Under the pieces are notes generated by a model. It saw only the letters and a program-made list of their open reading frames with translations, ran no database searches and was not told the origin of the DNA. A DNA stretch of 39,557 bases, from the NCBI GenBank assembly GCA_050298055.1, contig JBNKTL010000048.1, forward strand, positions 1-39,557, in the 5' to 3' direction. Below, in pieces: positions 36,558-39,557 of the stretch (positions within the stretch are counted from its first letter, which is position 1; every line of letters begins with the position of its first letter). Both the position numbers and the translations under genes were made by a program. The stretch comes from Spirochaetota bacterium (GTDB taxonomy: Bacteria > Spirochaetota > UBA4802 > UBA5550).

Positions 36558-36926
36558 ATGGGAAAGAAAAAATATTCCTACACTAAATTTGAGAGGGAAT
36601 TCCTGCCGGGAATGCGGAAGAAAATATGTACATGCGAAGACGCTGTAGACCTGGAAAACCACTTCAACTGTACAATGGCAAACCTGCTTTCCAGGATTTT
36701 TGAAAACAGCAGCCTCTCCATAGAACGGGATGACATTTTTTTTACGCCCGGGTCGGGAAGATCCTACAGGATCAGCAGGAAGCTTATGAACAACGGTGAA
36801 TTCAGGGAGAGATGGGACAACTCAGATCTCAAATCCGTTATAAACCGGTTTTCCCATGCAGCCACCCACAGGTTTATCCATATTAAACATAAAAATTTAA
36901 AAGCAGAAAAGAAGCTGCGAAACTAA
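36558..36926 (+). CDS. Helical hypothetical protein
   Basis: RBS AGGAGG at 36546 and SYTKFEREFLP..WDNSDL..EKKLRN. No function recognised. Confidence 0.8.
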   Translation: MGKKKYSYTKFEREFLPGMRKKICTCEDAVDLENHFNCTMANLLSRIFENSSLSIERDDIFFTPGSGRSYRISRKLMNNGEFRERWDNSDLKSVINRFSHAATHRFIHIKHKNLKAEKKLRN

Positions 36927-36993
36927 TACTTTGACTGCGTGATTTTTTACTCATCATGATTGGTTAATTTCTGGAATATCCGACTATAAAGAG

Positions 36994-37028
36994 AATCTTA
37001 TTGGTGCAAAATCACGCGGGCTCAGCAC
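36994..37028 (+). repeat. 35-bp dispersed repeat, copy 2
   Basis: AATCTTATTGGTGCAAAATCACGCGGGCTCAGCAC. Confidence 0.9.
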
Positions 37029-37100
37029 CAGCCTGTCAGTTGTCAAGAAGTACTCTCATGTCAATGTATCGCAGTTTGCCTCAAAATTTCAGTATGACGG

Positions 37101-38612
37101 GTGGGTATCATTAAAAAATTAACAACCATAAGTAAAACCTCATTCATAAGAGGACTGCAGTGCCCGAGATCATTCTATCTTTATAAATACCACCCTGATT
37201 TGAGGGACAAAATCAGTGAAGAGCTCCGGAATATTTTCAAAATGGGCTCCGAAGTGGGAGTCCTTGCAAGAGACCTTTTTCCCGGTGGAATTGACGCATC
37301 TCCCGATGATCATAACAGGCTTACGGAATCCATTGAACAAACACAGGGACTCATTAAAAAGGGAAAGGATATTATCTATGAAGCAAGTTTCATCTCTGAG
37401 AACCTCTTCTGTTCCATAGACATTCTGGTGAAGGACAAGAATACATGGAAAGGATACGAGGTGAAAAGTTCCACAGGCATCTCTGACACAAACCTGATGG
37501 ACGCATCCTTCCAGTATTATGTGATCAGGAACTCCGGGTTGCCCATTGAGGAGATAAATATTGTCCATATCAGCAACAGCTACAGGAGAAAGGGAAGACT
37601 GGATATCAATTCACTTTTCACTATTAAACCGGTGACACCAGAAGCCCGGCTGAAAGAGAAGGTGATAAGGGAGCTAAGCAGCACACTTTCTGAAATCGCC
37701 GCAAAGGGCTCTGACCCCCGCACCGAAACCGGTGAACACTGCTTCCGGCCCTACACCTGTGATTTCCTTGGATACTGCTGGGGCAGATTCCCGGAGGATT
37801 CAGTATTCAGCATTTCCGGTCTCAATAAAAGGGAAGCCATTGATCTCTATAAAAACGGTATAAAAAATATTGAAAGTATCCCCCCTGACTACCCCCTTGC
37901 CCCGGCCCAGAAAATGCAGGTCGAATGCCACAGGAATGGAAAAGAACATGTTGATCGTAAGAAACTCACCCGGTTTTTAGAAAACCTCAAATATCCTCTG
38001 GGCTTTCTCGATTTTGAAGCAATCATGGACGCAATCCCCCAATATGAAGGAACCAGGCCCTACCAGCATATACCTTTCCAATATTCCCTTCATATCCAGA
38101 AGTCGCCGGGCTCTGAACCTGAGTATTACAGCTTTCTGGGAAATCCCAAAGGAGACCCCAGGAAAGAATTTATCGAGAGCCTTCTTGGTAACATTAACAC
38201 CCGGGGAGACATACTGGTTTACAACAGACCCTATGAAAAGGGAAGACTCAGGGAACTTGCGGCACATTTCCCCCTGTACTCGGATGAAATAAAAAAAATC
38301 ATCGCACGGCTCAAAGACCTCATGAAGCCCTTCCAGAACAAACACTACTATACTCCCCGCATAAAGGGGAGTTACTCAATGAAAAAAATACTCCCCGCCC
38401 TTGTTCCGGGACTCAACTATGAAGAGATGAATGTGTCCAACGGTTTTGAGGCCATGAGGGCTTACGGCAGCATGAGAACAATGACCGATAAAAAGGTCAT
38501 AAGCAGGACAAGAGAAAATCTCCTTGAGTACTGCAGGCTCGATACACTGGGGATGGTTAAGATAGTGGAGAGACTTAAAGAGATTATTAATACTCATACA
38601 GAGGGAGTTTAA
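37101..38612 (+). CDS. DUF2779-domain protein: Cas4/RecB-like nuclease plus RNase H-like domain
   Basis: ISKTSFIRGLQC, E..F..DIL..YEVKSST (PD-(D/E)xK-like), CFRPYTCDFLGYC, FLDFE, PYQHIPFQYSLH, VYN..YE, GSYSMKKILP and YCRLDT. Confidence 0.88.
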   Translation: MGIIKKLTTISKTSFIRGLQCPRSFYLYKYHPDLRDKISEELRNIFKMGSEVGVLARDLFPGGIDASPDDHNRLTESIEQTQGLIKKGKDIIYEASFISENLFCSIDILVKDKNTWKGYEVKSSTGISDTNLMDASFQYYVIRNSGLPIEEINIVHISNSYRRKGRLDINSLFTIKPVTPEARLKEKVIRELSSTLSEIAAKGSDPRTETGEHCFRPYTCDFLGYCWGRFPEDSVFSISGLNKREAIDLYKNGIKNIESIPPDYPLAPAQKMQVECHRNGKEHVDRKKLTRFLENLKYPLGFLDFEAIMDAIPQYEGTRPYQHIPFQYSLHIQKSPGSEPEYYSFLGNPKGDPRKEFIESLLGNINTRGDILVYNRPYEKGRLRELAAHFPLYSDEIKKIIARLKDLMKPFQNKHYYTPRIKGSYSMKKILPALVPGLNYEEMNVSNGFEAMRAYGSMRTMTDKKVISRTRENLLEYCRLDTLGMVKIVERLKEIINTHTEGV

Positions 38613-38797
38613 TTCCATTGACATTGAATGAATAATCTGGTTGGTGTAAACAGGTTCATCGGTAATCCTTTACTCGGTAAAAAAACCGCTGCCCTCTTAC
38701 CCGGAACGGGAAGCAAGAATAGTGACAAAATAAAATCAACGGGAAGGCGGGGAAACAGTTCATTATTGACAGGAAACCGGCGCCCCGCCTCCCGGGG

Positions 38798-39556
38798 TTA
38801 CTTCTTTATTACTTTTATCTCTTCCTCTCCCTCGTCATACTTGATGCCGCCCATGTTACTCACCTTCATCTCCAGTTCCTTATTGAGAATATACTTCTTC
38901 TCAAAGAGGTCGGGCCGGGTTTTGAAGATGACTTCCGCCGGGCCTTTCCCCTTGGCGAGTTTTGCGAGAGTCACATTGTACTTCTCGGACCTGTCGCCCT
39001 CCATATCGGGCTTGCTGTCCAGGCCTTCCCCCGGTTTGACCTTCGGCCAGGAGGGGCTGTTGTCCCTGCCGCTCTTTTTCGGGGTCCTGTGTACAGAATA
39101 CATTTTGGAGACATAGATGACCTTTGTTCCATAGACAGGGAACTCCCTGTAGACCGGGACCTCCCGGGTCTTTGTCACTTCCCGGGTCTTGTAGACCGGA
39201 ACGTCCCTGCACTTCTTCGTCTTCTTTGCCGCGCCGGAACCTGTTGACTTGTAGGATGTCGTACACTCCTCCTTTGTCCCGGCCTGGTACTTCTCAGTGT
39301 CCCTGTACGATTCTGTCCGTGTACCCACCTGTCTCTTATCGTAGCGCCTTACCTCCCTGTTCTTGCTGATGACCTTTATTTCGTCACCCTTCATCTCATC
39401 TTCCCAGTCGGTATTGTTTGTAACCATATACCGGTTAACGGCTATGGCCCTCTCCCAGTAAACTGATTTCACCTTATATTTTACTGCCTTTGATGAAAGG
39501 CCCCAGAAGGCAACAATGGCAATAACAGCGGCAACACCGCCGATAATCCCGAAGAG
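38798..39556 (-). CDS. Membrane-anchored hypothetical protein (5' end outside the window)
   Basis: The frame stays open to the window end: LFGIIGGVAAVIAIVAFWGL (TM), then WERAI..DW..C..C..PVY..PVY..PVY. Confidence 0.8.
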   Translation of the reverse strand, partial: LFGIIGGVAAVIAIVAFWGLSSKAVKYKVKSVYWERAIAVNRYMVTNNTDWEDEMKGDEIKVISKNREVRRYDKRQVGTRTESYRDTEKYQAGTKEECTTSYKSTGSGAAKKTKKCRDVPVYKTREVTKTREVPVYREFPVYGTKVIYVSKMYSVHRTPKKSGRDNSPSWPKVKPGEGLDSKPDMEGDRSEKYNVTLAKLAKGKGPAEVIFKTRPDLFEKKYILNKELEMKVSNMGGIKYDEGEEEIKVIKK

Positions 39557-39557
39557 C

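Noticed and set aside
37101..38612. CRISPR adaptation module based on the Cas4-like motifs
   Set aside because: No cas1/cas2 or array is present, and two repeats 2.4 kb apart are not an array.

Overview
Ordinary chromosomal region of a bacterium, probably an anaerobic member of Spirochaetota. This is inferred from a Leptospira-type DUF1577/PilZ protein, a NADase-type discoidin protein and a tungsten-type aldehyde:ferredoxin oxidoreductase. I see no rRNA, tRNA, CRISPR array, transposase or integrase. In order, the window holds: a minus-strand surface operon (cadherin-like repeat lipoprotein, FadL-family outer-membrane channel, FN3-repeat lipoprotein) divergent from an IclR regulator; a deletion-damaged MBL-fold gene; pncA-pncB NAD salvage genes; a Spy/CpxP plus OmpR-family two-component operon with a CpxR-like box; a membrane protein and degenerate-SLT/M23 peptidase pair; a discoidin/DUF4424-like pair; a decayed hybrid kinase; a MarR-qorB unit with twin operators; an orphan lipoprotein next to a 21-bp-period repeat array; three ubiquitin-fold genes beside aor; a large hybrid kinase and response regulator; a HadA/HadB-like MaoC pair; a small M23 protein; an enoyl-CoA hydratase; a 7TM-PAS-LuxR regulator and outer-membrane barrel; a PAS kinase bracketed by 35-bp direct repeats; and a DUF2779 Cas4-like nuclease. 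The best candidates for undescribed biology are the ubiquitin-like triad at aor, the FadL/surface-lipoprotein operon whose upstream motif recurs 29 kb away, the LytTR-like 21-bp array and the small repeat elements. All family calls come from recognising motifs by eye; no database searches were run.
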